From Candidatus Methylomirabilales bacterium (GTDB taxonomy: Bacteria; Methylomirabilota; Methylomirabilia; Methylomirabilales; CSP1-5), in the NCBI GenBank assembly GCA_046758505.1, contig JBHIAH010000003.1, positions 1 to 64,000 on the forward strand: a stretch of DNA of 64,000 nucleotides, read 5' to 3'. Below the pieces are notes generated by a model that was not told where the DNA came from, ran no database searches, and worked only from the letters and a program-made list of their open reading frames with translations. The position numbers and the translations under genes are program-made. The stretch's first letter is position 1, and the number at the start of each line of letters is the position of its first letter. Below, in pieces: positions 17,780 through 26,494 of this stretch.

Positions 17780-19159
17780 TCATCCACGATCGCCCCGTCT
17801 CTGCCCCCCTGCCGATTGCCCACCCTCGTAATAATCCAGACCCGAGTGATCAAGCACCTCTTCGCCTACCAGGATGCGGAGCGTGTTCGTCAGCTTCAGG
17901 TGCTGGATGAATAGGTCGTGTTCGGGCTTGAGGTCCGCACGAGCCATCGGAGACTTGAAGTAGAAGGATAACCACTCTTGAATGCCCGACAGTCGCGCCC
18001 GCTGCGCGAGGTCCAGGAAGAGAATCAGGTCCAGGACGATGGGAGCCGCCAGAATGGAATCTCGGCACAGGAAATTCACTTTGATCTGCATCGGTTGACC
18101 CAACCAGCCGACGATGTCGATATTATCCCAGCCTTCCTTCGCATCTCCCCGCGGGGGATAATACTCGATGCGAATCTTGTGATAATACTGGCCGTACAGA
18201 TCGGGATAGAGATCCGGCTGCAGGATCGAATGCAACACCCCGCTCTTCGTCACCTCCTTTCCCCGGAACGAGCCGGGATCATCCAGCACTTCGCCATCCC
18301 TGTTGCCGAGAATGTTGGTGGAAAACCAGCCTTCGACCCCCAACATCCGGGCCTTCAGGCCAGGGGCGATCACTGTCTTCATCAACGTCTGCCCTGTCTT
18401 AAAGTCTTTCCCCGCGACCGGCACCCCTTGCCTGGCCGCGAGTTCGACGAGCGCCGGGATATCGACCGAGAGATTCGGCGCCCCGTTGGCGAAGGGGATG
18501 CCGCACCGGATGGCGGCATAGGCATAGATCATCGAGGGGGCGATCTCCGGGGCATTGTCCTTCAGCCCGCGCTCGAACGCCTCGAGAGTCTCGTGGGTGG
18601 GCCCGGCCTCAGAAAAGACCTCCGTCGAACCACACCAGATCATGACCGCGCGCTGCACTCCGTGGGCGCCCATGAATGCCTCGATGTCGTGCATGATCGC
18701 CTCGGCCAGATCCATCTTCGTGGAACCGGTCTTGACGTGCTTCCCGTGCAAGTTGCGGACGTACGCCTGCTCGAACACGCCTGGCCACGGCGTGATGGCC
18801 TCGAGTTCCCCTCGAATTGGGGCGAGCGTTTCGGCCGGCAGGACACCCGCAACGCAGGCAGACTGGTAGGCGTCCTCGGGAAAGATGTCCCACCCACCGA
18901 AGACAAGATCCTCAAGATGGGCCAACGGTACCAGGTCCTTGATCGGAACGAAGCGCGGCTGGGTCCGTTTGCCCAGCCGAACCTTTTGCATCTGGGTCAG
19001 CGAACCATACGGGTTGGCGAGTCCTCTGTTCACGAGATAGACCCCCGCGATGAGAGTCGTGCTCACCGCCCCCAGGCCCGGCAGCAGGACTCCGAGCCTG
19101 CCCCGCGCCGGCGCAATGTCTCTGGATAGCTCGGGATAAAACGAACTCCGTTCACTCAT
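17780..19159 (-). CDS. ino1: Myo-inositol-1(3)-phosphate synthase
   Basis: GLGAVSTT, FGGWD, CGSTE, FANGAP, AGKDFKTGQT, WFSTNILGNRDG, YYPPRGDAKEGWD, CRDSILAAP; ATGA overlap with the upstream gene. Confidence 0.95.
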   Translation of the reverse strand: MSERSSFYPELSRDIAPARGRLGVLLPGLGAVSTTLIAGVYLVNRGLANPYGSLTQMQKVRLGKRTQPRFVPIKDLVPLAHLEDLVFGGWDIFPEDAYQSACVAGVLPAETLAPIRGELEAITPWPGVFEQAYVRNLHGKHVKTGSTKMDLAEAIMHDIEAFMGAHGVQRAVMIWCGSTEVFSEAGPTHETLEAFERGLKDNAPEIAPSMIYAYAAIRCGIPFANGAPNLSVDIPALVELAARQGVPVAGKDFKTGQTLMKTVIAPGLKARMLGVEGWFSTNILGNRDGEVLDDPGSFRGKEVTKSGVLHSILQPDLYPDLYGQYYHKIRIEYYPPRGDAKEGWDNIDIVGWLGQPMQIKVNFLCRDSILAAPIVLDLILFLDLAQRARLSGIQEWLSFYFKSPMARADLKPEHDLFIQHLKLTNTLRILVGEEVLDHSGLDYYEGGQSAGGQRRGDRG

Positions 19160-20415
19160 GGCAACCTCTCCTCGCGATGTGAGGGGAGACGAGCGGTCCA
19201 CAGCAACACGAGAAAGAATATCGGAGCGCCCACCCCCGCTAGGGCCAAAAACCACGCCGCCTTTCCGAACGCCGAGAACAGGACCACGCCGTAGATGAAG
19301 TCTCGGCGAGCCAGCCAGTCCAACAGACGCGACAAGCCCGGTCCCGGCGATCGTACAAGCGAGGTAAAGAGCGGGCCATCCGCGTCCTTCGCTCGCATGG
19401 TATGCCAATACGCAAACCCGGCCGAGCCGACGGAGCCGGCGACCGCCAAGGCCCCGAGTAGCAAGGGCCACGTCGCCTGAGTGGCCAGACTCCACCCGAC
19501 CGCCATACAGAGGAACACGGCGACATGCACCACGTTATCTCCCCAGAAATCGAACAGGCCGCCCCAGCGAGACTCCTGAAGCTTCAACCGTGCCAGCTCG
19601 CCGTCGCAGCCATCCAGGATGGAGTGCAACAGAAAGAGCAGCCCGCCTGCCAGCTGATACGCCGCGCTGGATGACAGAAAAAAGGGGGCACCCACCAGCC
19701 CAATCCCTACACTCACCGCGGTCATGGCCCCGGGCGTCATGCCGGTCGAGACCAGCCGGCGCGTAATCCCCAGAGAGATCCGCCGCTCGACGTGACGCGA
19801 CATGAACCCCTCGTTCTCCTTGATCAGCCCGCGTAGGAGCCACGCCTCGGCGTTCGGGACATCGCGGGGCGTGCCGACAGCCATCACTCCCTCCCGACCC
19901 AGGGGCTGATATACAGGCGTGACGAGCTGGGCCAGCGCGGCGAAGAGGTCCGACGCCCCGAGGCCGCCCGACACTACCGGGAGGATCGCCCGCGCATCAA
20001 CCGCGTCAATCACCGCCACCAACTTTCCATCCCCATACAGCTGCCCCGGTGCGATCGGCATTTCCAGCAGCGCCCGTAACCACTTCGGCCGCGGAAGGAC
20101 GTTCGCCGCCAGCAACACCAGTCGCCCGGCCGGGAGCGGCGGGATCGGATCACCGGGCGAGAGCACGGTGACTCGTGAGCTATCGAGGAGAGGGGTGATC
20201 TCCGCGGGGGTCGGGGTGAGGATCAGAATCTGCCCGAAGCCGGCCCGACGGGCTGCCACCACACTCCGATGCAGCAGGGGAAGACCCAAGAGCATCGTAC
20301 CGGGCGACACTGGTGCCTCTCCATCCGCGTTATCGGGTGGGACGAGTAAGAGACTCGACGGCGTCACGCCCTCTTCGGAGTGCCGGCCTGCCGTCCCGGC
20401 GCTCACCGATTCCAT
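19156..20415 (-). CDS. CDP-alcohol phosphatidyltransferase-family protein with degenerate N-terminal nucleotidyltransferase-like domain
   Basis: LDGCDGELARLKLQESRWGGLFDFWGD motif and RRDF in the TM region; N-terminus GLPLLHRSVVAARRAG resembles an NTP transferase but lacks AAGxGxR. Confidence 0.85.
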   Translation of the reverse strand: MESVSAGTAGRHSEEGVTPSSLLLVPPDNADGEAPVSPGTMLLGLPLLHRSVVAARRAGFGQILILTPTPAEITPLLDSSRVTVLSPGDPIPPLPAGRLVLLAANVLPRPKWLRALLEMPIAPGQLYGDGKLVAVIDAVDARAILPVVSGGLGASDLFAALAQLVTPVYQPLGREGVMAVGTPRDVPNAEAWLLRGLIKENEGFMSRHVERRISLGITRRLVSTGMTPGAMTAVSVGIGLVGAPFFLSSSAAYQLAGGLLFLLHSILDGCDGELARLKLQESRWGGLFDFWGDNVVHVAVFLCMAVGWSLATQATWPLLLGALAVAGSVGSAGFAYWHTMRAKDADGPLFTSLVRSPGPGLSRLLDWLARRDFIYGVVLFSAFGKAAWFLALAGVGAPIFFLVLLWTARLPSHREERLP

Positions 20416-21485
20416 TTCCCCTCCTCCGCTCCGCGCGCTCCAACCAACGCCGACGGCCCGGGAACGGGAAGCGACGCCCCGCCCTGCCTGCTCGACTCTT
20501 GGGCGAGGGCCACAAGGGTGGCACAGAGAGAGGCCTCCGCGAGGTTCCCACCCCCCACGGTCGAGCCACCGCTCACCGCCGTCACGAAGCCGCTGGCCAC
20601 GCCTGCGAACCAGTCGGCGTGATGCGATCCCTCGGATAACGGCGGCGAAAAGGTCCATCGCCGCTCGGGCCGCCCGGATGCCTCTTGACGCAGCACCACC
20701 GTGCTGTCCTCAACACGCATTGTTCCCCGTGTGCCGTGCAGCTCCGCGACGTTTCGCCTCACATCAGCCGCCCAGGTGAGGTACACCTCAACCGCCGCCT
20801 GTGGGAGCTCGAGTCGCACGGTCGCCGTATCCTCCAGCGGGACCTGCGTGAACCGCCGGGTTTCAAGCCGGGCGCTGACCCGAGCCGGCGCCTGACCCAA
20901 CCAGCCCTGCAGCACATAGAACGCATGCCACCCATGGTCCACGAGCACCCCCCCGCCCGCGGTGGCCGGATCGAGCCGCCAGTTGCCAGCGCGGTCCCCA
21001 CCACCCGCGGCCGGTTTCGTCCGCAGCGTCTCCCAGCGGCAGCCCCTCACCTCTCCAATCGCGTCCTGCTGCAGCAGGTCCCGGACCCATCGGATGATCG
21101 GCGCATGGTGCCAGTTGTGGACGGTGTGCAGCACCCGGTCGGTCTCCGCGACGAGCGCCACCAACCCGCCGAGGTCCTCCACCCGACTCACCAAGGGCTT
21201 TTCGCAGAGGACATGCAGGCGGTGCTCAAGGGCGGTCCGGACCAGCCCTGCATGCGTTGCGGGCGGGGTGCAGATATCCACGAAATCGAGTCGCTCCGCC
21301 GTCAGGAGGTCCTCGACGGAGTCGTACCAGTGGACCGAGGGGAGGTGACACTGCAGTTCCCGCTCCCCTGTCCGGCACGGATCGCTTGCAGCCACAATGG
21401 CAACATCCCGGTGCTCCAGCCATCCCGGAAGATGCCCGTGGATGGCGACATTCCCCACCCCGACGATCGCTCCCCGGCAGGTCAT
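20403..21485 (-). CDS. Gfo/Idh/MocA family oxidoreductase
   Basis: GAIVGVGNVA, DICTPPATH, HVLCEKPL, GGGVLVDHGWH, LEDTA. Confidence 0.9.
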   Translation of the reverse strand: MTCRGAIVGVGNVAIHGHLPGWLEHRDVAIVAASDPCRTGERELQCHLPSVHWYDSVEDLLTAERLDFVDICTPPATHAGLVRTALEHRLHVLCEKPLVSRVEDLGGLVALVAETDRVLHTVHNWHHAPIIRWVRDLLQQDAIGEVRGCRWETLRTKPAAGGGDRAGNWRLDPATAGGGVLVDHGWHAFYVLQGWLGQAPARVSARLETRRFTQVPLEDTATVRLELPQAAVEVYLTWAADVRRNVAELHGTRGTMRVEDSTVVLRQEASGRPERRWTFSPPLSEGSHHADWFAGVASGFVTAVSGGSTVGGGNLAEASLCATLVALAQESSRQGGASLPVPGPSALVGARGAEEGKWNR

Positions 21486-21486
21486 C

Positions 21487-22815
21487 CTATCCAAGCCCCC
21501 ACTGCTCGGCGACCACGGTCATGGCTTCATCCAGGATCGCCAGCCCCTGCAGTGCGGTCTCCTCGCTGATAACCAACGGGGGATTGATGCGGATGATGTG
21601 CGAATAACACATCGCCACCAGACCCCGCCGCAGGCACTCGTGAAAGAGCGCCCGCGTTGCCTCCCTCGGCAGGGGCTCTTTCGTAGTGCGGTCCTTCACC
21701 AGCTCGAGCCCGAGCATCAGCCCCTTTCCCCGCACGTCTCCCACACATCGAAATTTCTCTTTGAATGCTTCGAGTCTCGCCAGCATGACCGCCCCGACGC
21801 GTTCCGCATTTGTGACCAGGTCCTCTTTCAGAATGATTTCCAATGAGGCGAGGCCGGCGGCGGCGGCGAGCGGATTGCCCCCGTAACTCGATGAGCTCCC
21901 GCTGGGATTGGCAAAGGGCTTCGCCCGGGTCAGTTCCTCCGTCGAGATGACCCCGCTGACCGGAAACCCGCCTCCCAACCCCTTGCCCACCGTCACCACA
22001 TCCGGCACCACCCCCTCATGATCGCACCCCCACATCTTCCCGGTCCGTCCGAAGCCGGTCAGCATTTCATCGGCGATCAAGAGCGCGTCGTGCTCCTTGG
22101 CAATCGCCTGGACCGCCCGGAGAAAGCCCTCCGGGGGGATCACATTCCCGGCCGTGCCTTGCATCGGTTCGACGATAATCGCGGCAATTTCCCCCTGCGT
22201 CTGATACCGGATAACATGGCGAAGGTGCTCCGCACAGGCAATCCCACAGCCCGGGAAGGTCAGGTTCAAGGGGCACCGGTAGCAGTTGGCGTAGGGTGAG
22301 ACGTAGAGACCCGGCATGAACGGACCCAGATGTTGCTTAAAGTCGTCCCCGAGGAGTCCCAACACCCCCCCCGTCTTCCCGTGAAAGCCCCCCCAGAACC
22401 CGATAAACTCAAACTTGCGGGTCGCCGACTTGGCCAGCCGGAGGGCGGCTTCCACCGCCTCTGCACCCCCCGAGAACAGCTGGATGCGCGTGAGCCCGTG
22501 CGGGCTGACAGAGGCGAGACGCTCGAGGAACCGGGTACGAGTCTCCGTCGTGAAGCTGCCGAACGTGAGCCGATCGATCTGCCGCTTCAACGCATCCACA
22601 TAGGTCGGATGACAGTGGCCGACGCTGCCGACGCCGATCCCGGCAATGAAATCAACGTACTCGTTCCCATCCTCGTCGATCAGCGTGCACCCTTGCCCCC
22701 GGGCCATGGCCACCCCCGAGTAGAGGGCGATCGACTGAAGCCCGGGGGCCATGTGGTGTTGCTCCCGCCCGACGATCTCTCGCGAGCGGGGACCCGGTAC
22801 GTTCCGCCCCATCAC
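21487..22815 (-). CDS. Class III PLP-dependent aminotransferase
   Basis: DFIAGIGVGSVGH, SGGAEAVE, GGFHGKT, IIVEPMQG, IADEMLTGFGRTG, PDVVTVGKGLGGG, VRGKGLM. Confidence 0.92.
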   Translation of the reverse strand: MMGRNVPGPRSREIVGREQHHMAPGLQSIALYSGVAMARGQGCTLIDEDGNEYVDFIAGIGVGSVGHCHPTYVDALKRQIDRLTFGSFTTETRTRFLERLASVSPHGLTRIQLFSGGAEAVEAALRLAKSATRKFEFIGFWGGFHGKTGGVLGLLGDDFKQHLGPFMPGLYVSPYANCYRCPLNLTFPGCGIACAEHLRHVIRYQTQGEIAAIIVEPMQGTAGNVIPPEGFLRAVQAIAKEHDALLIADEMLTGFGRTGKMWGCDHEGVVPDVVTVGKGLGGGFPVSGVISTEELTRAKPFANPSGSSSSYGGNPLAAAAGLASLEIILKEDLVTNAERVGAVMLARLEAFKEKFRCVGDVRGKGLMLGLELVKDRTTKEPLPREATRALFHECLRRGLVAMCYSHIIRINPPLVISEETALQGLAILDEAMTVVAEQWGLG

Positions 22816-23651
22816 ACCGATCCCCCGGTGAAACGCGCCTCCAAGTATGACGCAATCCGCGCCGACGCTTCATCCCGGTAGAGCGCGAAGCTGGGCCACG
22901 CATTCACATCGATTAACACCGGCACTCCCTCCCTCCCCACGATGGCATCCCCCCCGTACACCTCGAGGCCTAACACTGCCGCCGCCCGTTGTGCCAATGT
23001 GGCGAGTGCGGTCGGATCGAAGGGGAAGCCGGCCAGTTGCTGATCCCTGTGGTAGAACCACTGGAACCATGACTCCCGCCCCTGCAGGCGGCCGGGGTCG
23101 CCTACCCCGTAGAATTTGATCAGGTCGCCCGGCACATGCCCCTGAATCACCGCCCCGGGAATGCCGCGGTCGGCGAGGTGACGGAGGGCCTCATCCACTG
23201 CCGCCCTGGTGGGCGCAAACACCACATCGCCTTCCCGGATGTTATGCACATCGGCCCGTTTCACCCACACCCGTTCAGGGACAGGCGGGGCGGCCGATGC
23301 CGTCGAGACGATGACACTCGGCGGAAATGAGACGCCCGCCCGGTGAAAGAGGGGAATCATCCGGTCCCGATACGTGTTCAGAACTGCCGAGGGGCTATTG
23401 ACCTGAAGCACCCCCTCCATCTCGGGGCGCCGAAGCAGACGGAGGATCCCCGGACGCTCACACATCAGGAAGATGAACGCCACCGGGTGCTCGATGACCC
23501 CGCCCACCTCGTCCGGGTTCTTCAGACTGACCTGAAATCCCCTGGCTTCGAGATGTTTGGCGGTCAGGCGCAGGATTTCTGCATCATCAAATTCCCGACC
23601 CGGCGAATGGGGGCGCTCCCGAAAAATCCCGAGGCAGCAGTGACGGCTCAC
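22812..23651 (-). CDS. ATP-grasp fold protein (ITPK1-like motif pattern)
   Basis: VWVKR, IQGHVPGDLIKFYGV, GLEVYGGDAIV, LIDVNAWPSF; GTGA overlaps at both ends. Confidence 0.75.
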   Translation of the reverse strand: MSRHCCLGIFRERPHSPGREFDDAEILRLTAKHLEARGFQVSLKNPDEVGGVIEHPVAFIFLMCERPGILRLLRRPEMEGVLQVNSPSAVLNTYRDRMIPLFHRAGVSFPPSVIVSTASAAPPVPERVWVKRADVHNIREGDVVFAPTRAAVDEALRHLADRGIPGAVIQGHVPGDLIKFYGVGDPGRLQGRESWFQWFYHRDQQLAGFPFDPTALATLAQRAAAVLGLEVYGGDAIVGREGVPVLIDVNAWPSFALYRDEASARIASYLEARFTGGSV

Positions 23652-24367
23652 GTTGCACCCCCCGACTGGCCTCGCCGTGGCTGATCGTTCTGGTGGGCCA
23701 GCGTCTCGGCGAGGGCGACATCCTCGGCCCGGTCCACATCCACCACGGCCGGAAGGACCACCCCGTACAGCGGCTCTCCCCGCTGCAGAAGCCACACCAG
23801 GAACTCCCGCAGCCGTTTCACCTCGGGCGGAGGAGACAGCCGCCGCACCCGCTCGGGGACGAGATACAGGCCGGCGGTCACCACGTCGCCGGAGTCCCCA
23901 CCGAGGCTGGCGACGCGACCCGACGCATCCAGGGTGACCCATAACGGTCTTTCATCATCCACGAGCGGAGTCACCGCGAGGACACTGGCGTCTGGCGGAA
24001 ACAGCCGCGCCGCTCTCACGAACGTCCGGAACCCTTCTTCAGGGCACCAGGCATCCACCGTGGAAATCAGGGCACGACCGGCGCCCAGGCGCCCGGCCAC
24101 TTCCCGAAAGCTCTCCAGCGACGAGTCGGTCGTCTTCACAATGACCTGAAGGTCGAGACGGGGGAAGCGGGCCCGCGCCCAGGTCTCGCACTCGCGTGCC
24201 TGCTCATTGACGATGATCACCAGGGACGAGACACCCGCCCCCAGCAGATTTCGGATGGTGTGCTCGATCAGGGGGATGCCAGCTACAGGAACCAGGGGCT
24301 TCGGCATGGTCCAGCCTGCCTGCCGCAGGCGGGCGCCTGCGCCCGCCGCGATGATCCCCCCGCGCAT
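23648..24367 (-). CDS. Sugar-phosphate nucleotidyltransferase (NTP transferase)
   Basis: GGIIAAGAGARL, PKPLVPVAGIPLIE, STVD, TAGLY, VDVDRAED. Confidence 0.88.
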   Translation of the reverse strand: MRGGIIAAGAGARLRQAGWTMPKPLVPVAGIPLIEHTIRNLLGAGVSSLVIIVNEQARECETWARARFPRLDLQVIVKTTDSSLESFREVAGRLGAGRALISTVDAWCPEEGFRTFVRAARLFPPDASVLAVTPLVDDERPLWVTLDASGRVASLGGDSGDVVTAGLYLVPERVRRLSPPPEVKRLREFLVWLLQRGEPLYGVVLPAVVDVDRAEDVALAETLAHQNDQPRRGQSGGAT

Positions 24368-24381
24368 GATCGCCTCACCGT

Positions 24382-25107
24382 TCACAACAACAACTCCCGC
24401 AACCCCTCGAGGGTGTGGACCACCGCGTCGCCCGGACAGCACGGCCCTTCCTCGGGAGCCACCTCGGGCGTCAACCAAACGTGAGCCATTCCGACCTCGC
24501 GGGCCCCGGCCATGTCCCGCCGCAACGAATCTCCCACAAAGACCGCCTGTGCCGGCATAGCCTGCAACGCCGTCAATGCCGACCAAAAGATCCGCGGATC
24601 CGGCTTGACGCATCCGACGTTCACCGAGTCGACAACGACCGTCAGGAACGGACTCAGTCCGACCTCGTGGCAGACCGTGGCGAGGTTCCCGTAGAAATTC
24701 GAGACGATCCCGAGCCGATACCGGCGACTCAGGTGATCCAAGAGGGACACGTTGGAGGAGAGGCAGTCCCGGGCCTCATTCAGGAACCGCGTGGCGATCC
24801 GTCCACTTCGCCCGGCATTCCGCACGCCCAGACCGTCGGTCAGCCCCTGTACCAGTCGCCCGACGGTATCCTCAAACGAAAGCGTGGCAGGAATGGCACC
24901 GACCAGCGCATCATCGGCGGCGTAGAACGCCGGGGCAAATTGCTCGGATGAGAGCTCCACGCCTTCATCCCGGTACAAGCGGAAGAAACGCTCCTTCCAG
25001 GCAACGCCATTGGCATCCAAGGTGCCACCAAAATCGAACAGCACAGCGGTCCGCGCAGCGTGATCCAGCTCCGGCTGTGGACGTTGGTGCTGTTGCATTC
25101 CGTTCAT
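24382..25107 (-). CDS. HAD-family hydrolase/phosphatase
   Basis: LFDFGGTLD, IVSNFYGN, KPDPRIF, FVGDSLRRDMAGA. The second Asp of the DxD motif is Gly. Confidence 0.88.
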   Translation of the reverse strand: MNGMQQHQRPQPELDHAARTAVLFDFGGTLDANGVAWKERFFRLYRDEGVELSSEQFAPAFYAADDALVGAIPATLSFEDTVGRLVQGLTDGLGVRNAGRSGRIATRFLNEARDCLSSNVSLLDHLSRRYRLGIVSNFYGNLATVCHEVGLSPFLTVVVDSVNVGCVKPDPRIFWSALTALQAMPAQAVFVGDSLRRDMAGAREVGMAHVWLTPEVAPEEGPCCPGDAVVHTLEGLRELLL

Positions 25108-26123
25108 GCCAGCGATTTCTTGCTTGGCGAATCTGAGAGGGCCGCCCGAACAAACCGCCCGGCGTGTCTCTTCAACAAGACCACCAACCCCGGGATCACC
25201 CAGACCAGCTCCCGCCCCCGACGCACAATCCCGTAGGCGACCCCCTGTGCGGCCGGAAGGCCCAGCAGGACAAAAACCCCGACCCGCACCCCCTCCGCGC
25301 TGCCCACCCGCCCCGGGACAAAGGTGAGGAGCGAGTTGAGGGTCAACGCGAGCGCCTCGACGGCCACGGCTGTCACCCACCCTTCCGTCGGGGACAGAAG
25401 ACGCAGGACCACGTAGGTTTCCAGGAACCCGCCAGTCCACCCCACGAGGCACCAGCCCATCGCGGCAGCAAACGATCGCCTGTGCGTCCCGTAGAACGTC
25501 TGAATCCTGGTATCGAACTCTTCCGCCAATGGTTGATACGGCTTGAGACGGGACGCCAAGAGCTTCCAGCGGGCCAGCCGATGCAGGACCGGCGCGAAGG
25601 TCCCCTTGCGCAGCGCCCACGTCAAGAGGAGGAGACCCCCTCCCAGGCCAGCAAGGATGGCCGCGGCGGCCAGCTTGACCGGAGCCGAGAGATCAAATTG
25701 GGTCAGGCAGAGGCCCACGCCCCCCACCAGCAACACCCATTGCGCCAAGAGCTCGGCGTGCTTGTGAACCGTGACCGAAGCGACCGCATGCCCAAGTCCC
25801 AGGATCTCTCCCGACAGATGGGCCTTCACCGGTTCTCCCGCAAGATTGCCCGACGGGACGAGGTAGTTGATCGAATCACCAGCGAGGTATACCGCGAACA
25901 GGTTCCGGAAGTGTGAAGACCGCACGGGGGGGTCAATGAGCACCCACCATCCAGTCATGAAGGCAAGTTGCGCAAACAGATAGAGGACCACGAGGCCGAC
26001 AAACCACCCCCCGATCGCCGTCAGGTTCGTCTGAATGGCCGGCCACCCCACCACCCAGAGGATCCAGGCGATCAGGCCAACCCCGGCCACAACCAACCCG
26101 GCACTCCCAAGCTGCTTCAGCAT
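25104..26123 (-). CDS. Flippase-like membrane protein (LPG-synthase TM / HpnL-like family)
   Basis: YLAGDSINYLVPSGNLAGEPVKA, FVPGRVGSAEG, RRGRELVW; multi-TM. Confidence 0.85.
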   Translation of the reverse strand: MLKQLGSAGLVVAGVGLIAWILWVVGWPAIQTNLTAIGGWFVGLVVLYLFAQLAFMTGWWVLIDPPVRSSHFRNLFAVYLAGDSINYLVPSGNLAGEPVKAHLSGEILGLGHAVASVTVHKHAELLAQWVLLVGGVGLCLTQFDLSAPVKLAAAAILAGLGGGLLLLTWALRKGTFAPVLHRLARWKLLASRLKPYQPLAEEFDTRIQTFYGTHRRSFAAAMGWCLVGWTGGFLETYVVLRLLSPTEGWVTAVAVEALALTLNSLLTFVPGRVGSAEGVRVGVFVLLGLPAAQGVAYGIVRRGRELVWVIPGLVVLLKRHAGRFVRAALSDSPSKKSLA

Positions 26124-26494
26124 CCGTCGCTCACCCACCTGCCGCGCTCCCGCGCCATCTACCGACGCTGTCGTAACAGAGAAAAACCCCACCGTGTGTC
26201 AGGCGCTCCGCCTCGGAGGCCTGGCCGGCGGCCGGTTTCAGTCTCCAGGCGCGGATGTTCCGGTGGCATACGTGGCCAGGGGCGGTCTCTCCCCTCACCC
26301 GACAACACGCGTGGTCGGCGGGGGGAAAAGACAACCCTCCCACTCCAGGAGCCCGGGGGGGCGCGGCTCGGGGAGAGGGCTCTTGCGCATATCCCTTCTG
26401 CGAGAGGGCCACGGCACCGCTCTCCCAGCTGACAGATCCCACTCGTATCATAAGTTCTTAGTATACATGACCTCGCCGTGGGGAAAAAAGAGAA

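Noticed and set aside
26340..26430. Hairpin-rich stretch upstream of the inositol operon as a riboswitch
   Set aside because: Stems are present, but I see no recognisable aptamer motif, and such pairing is common at this GC content.
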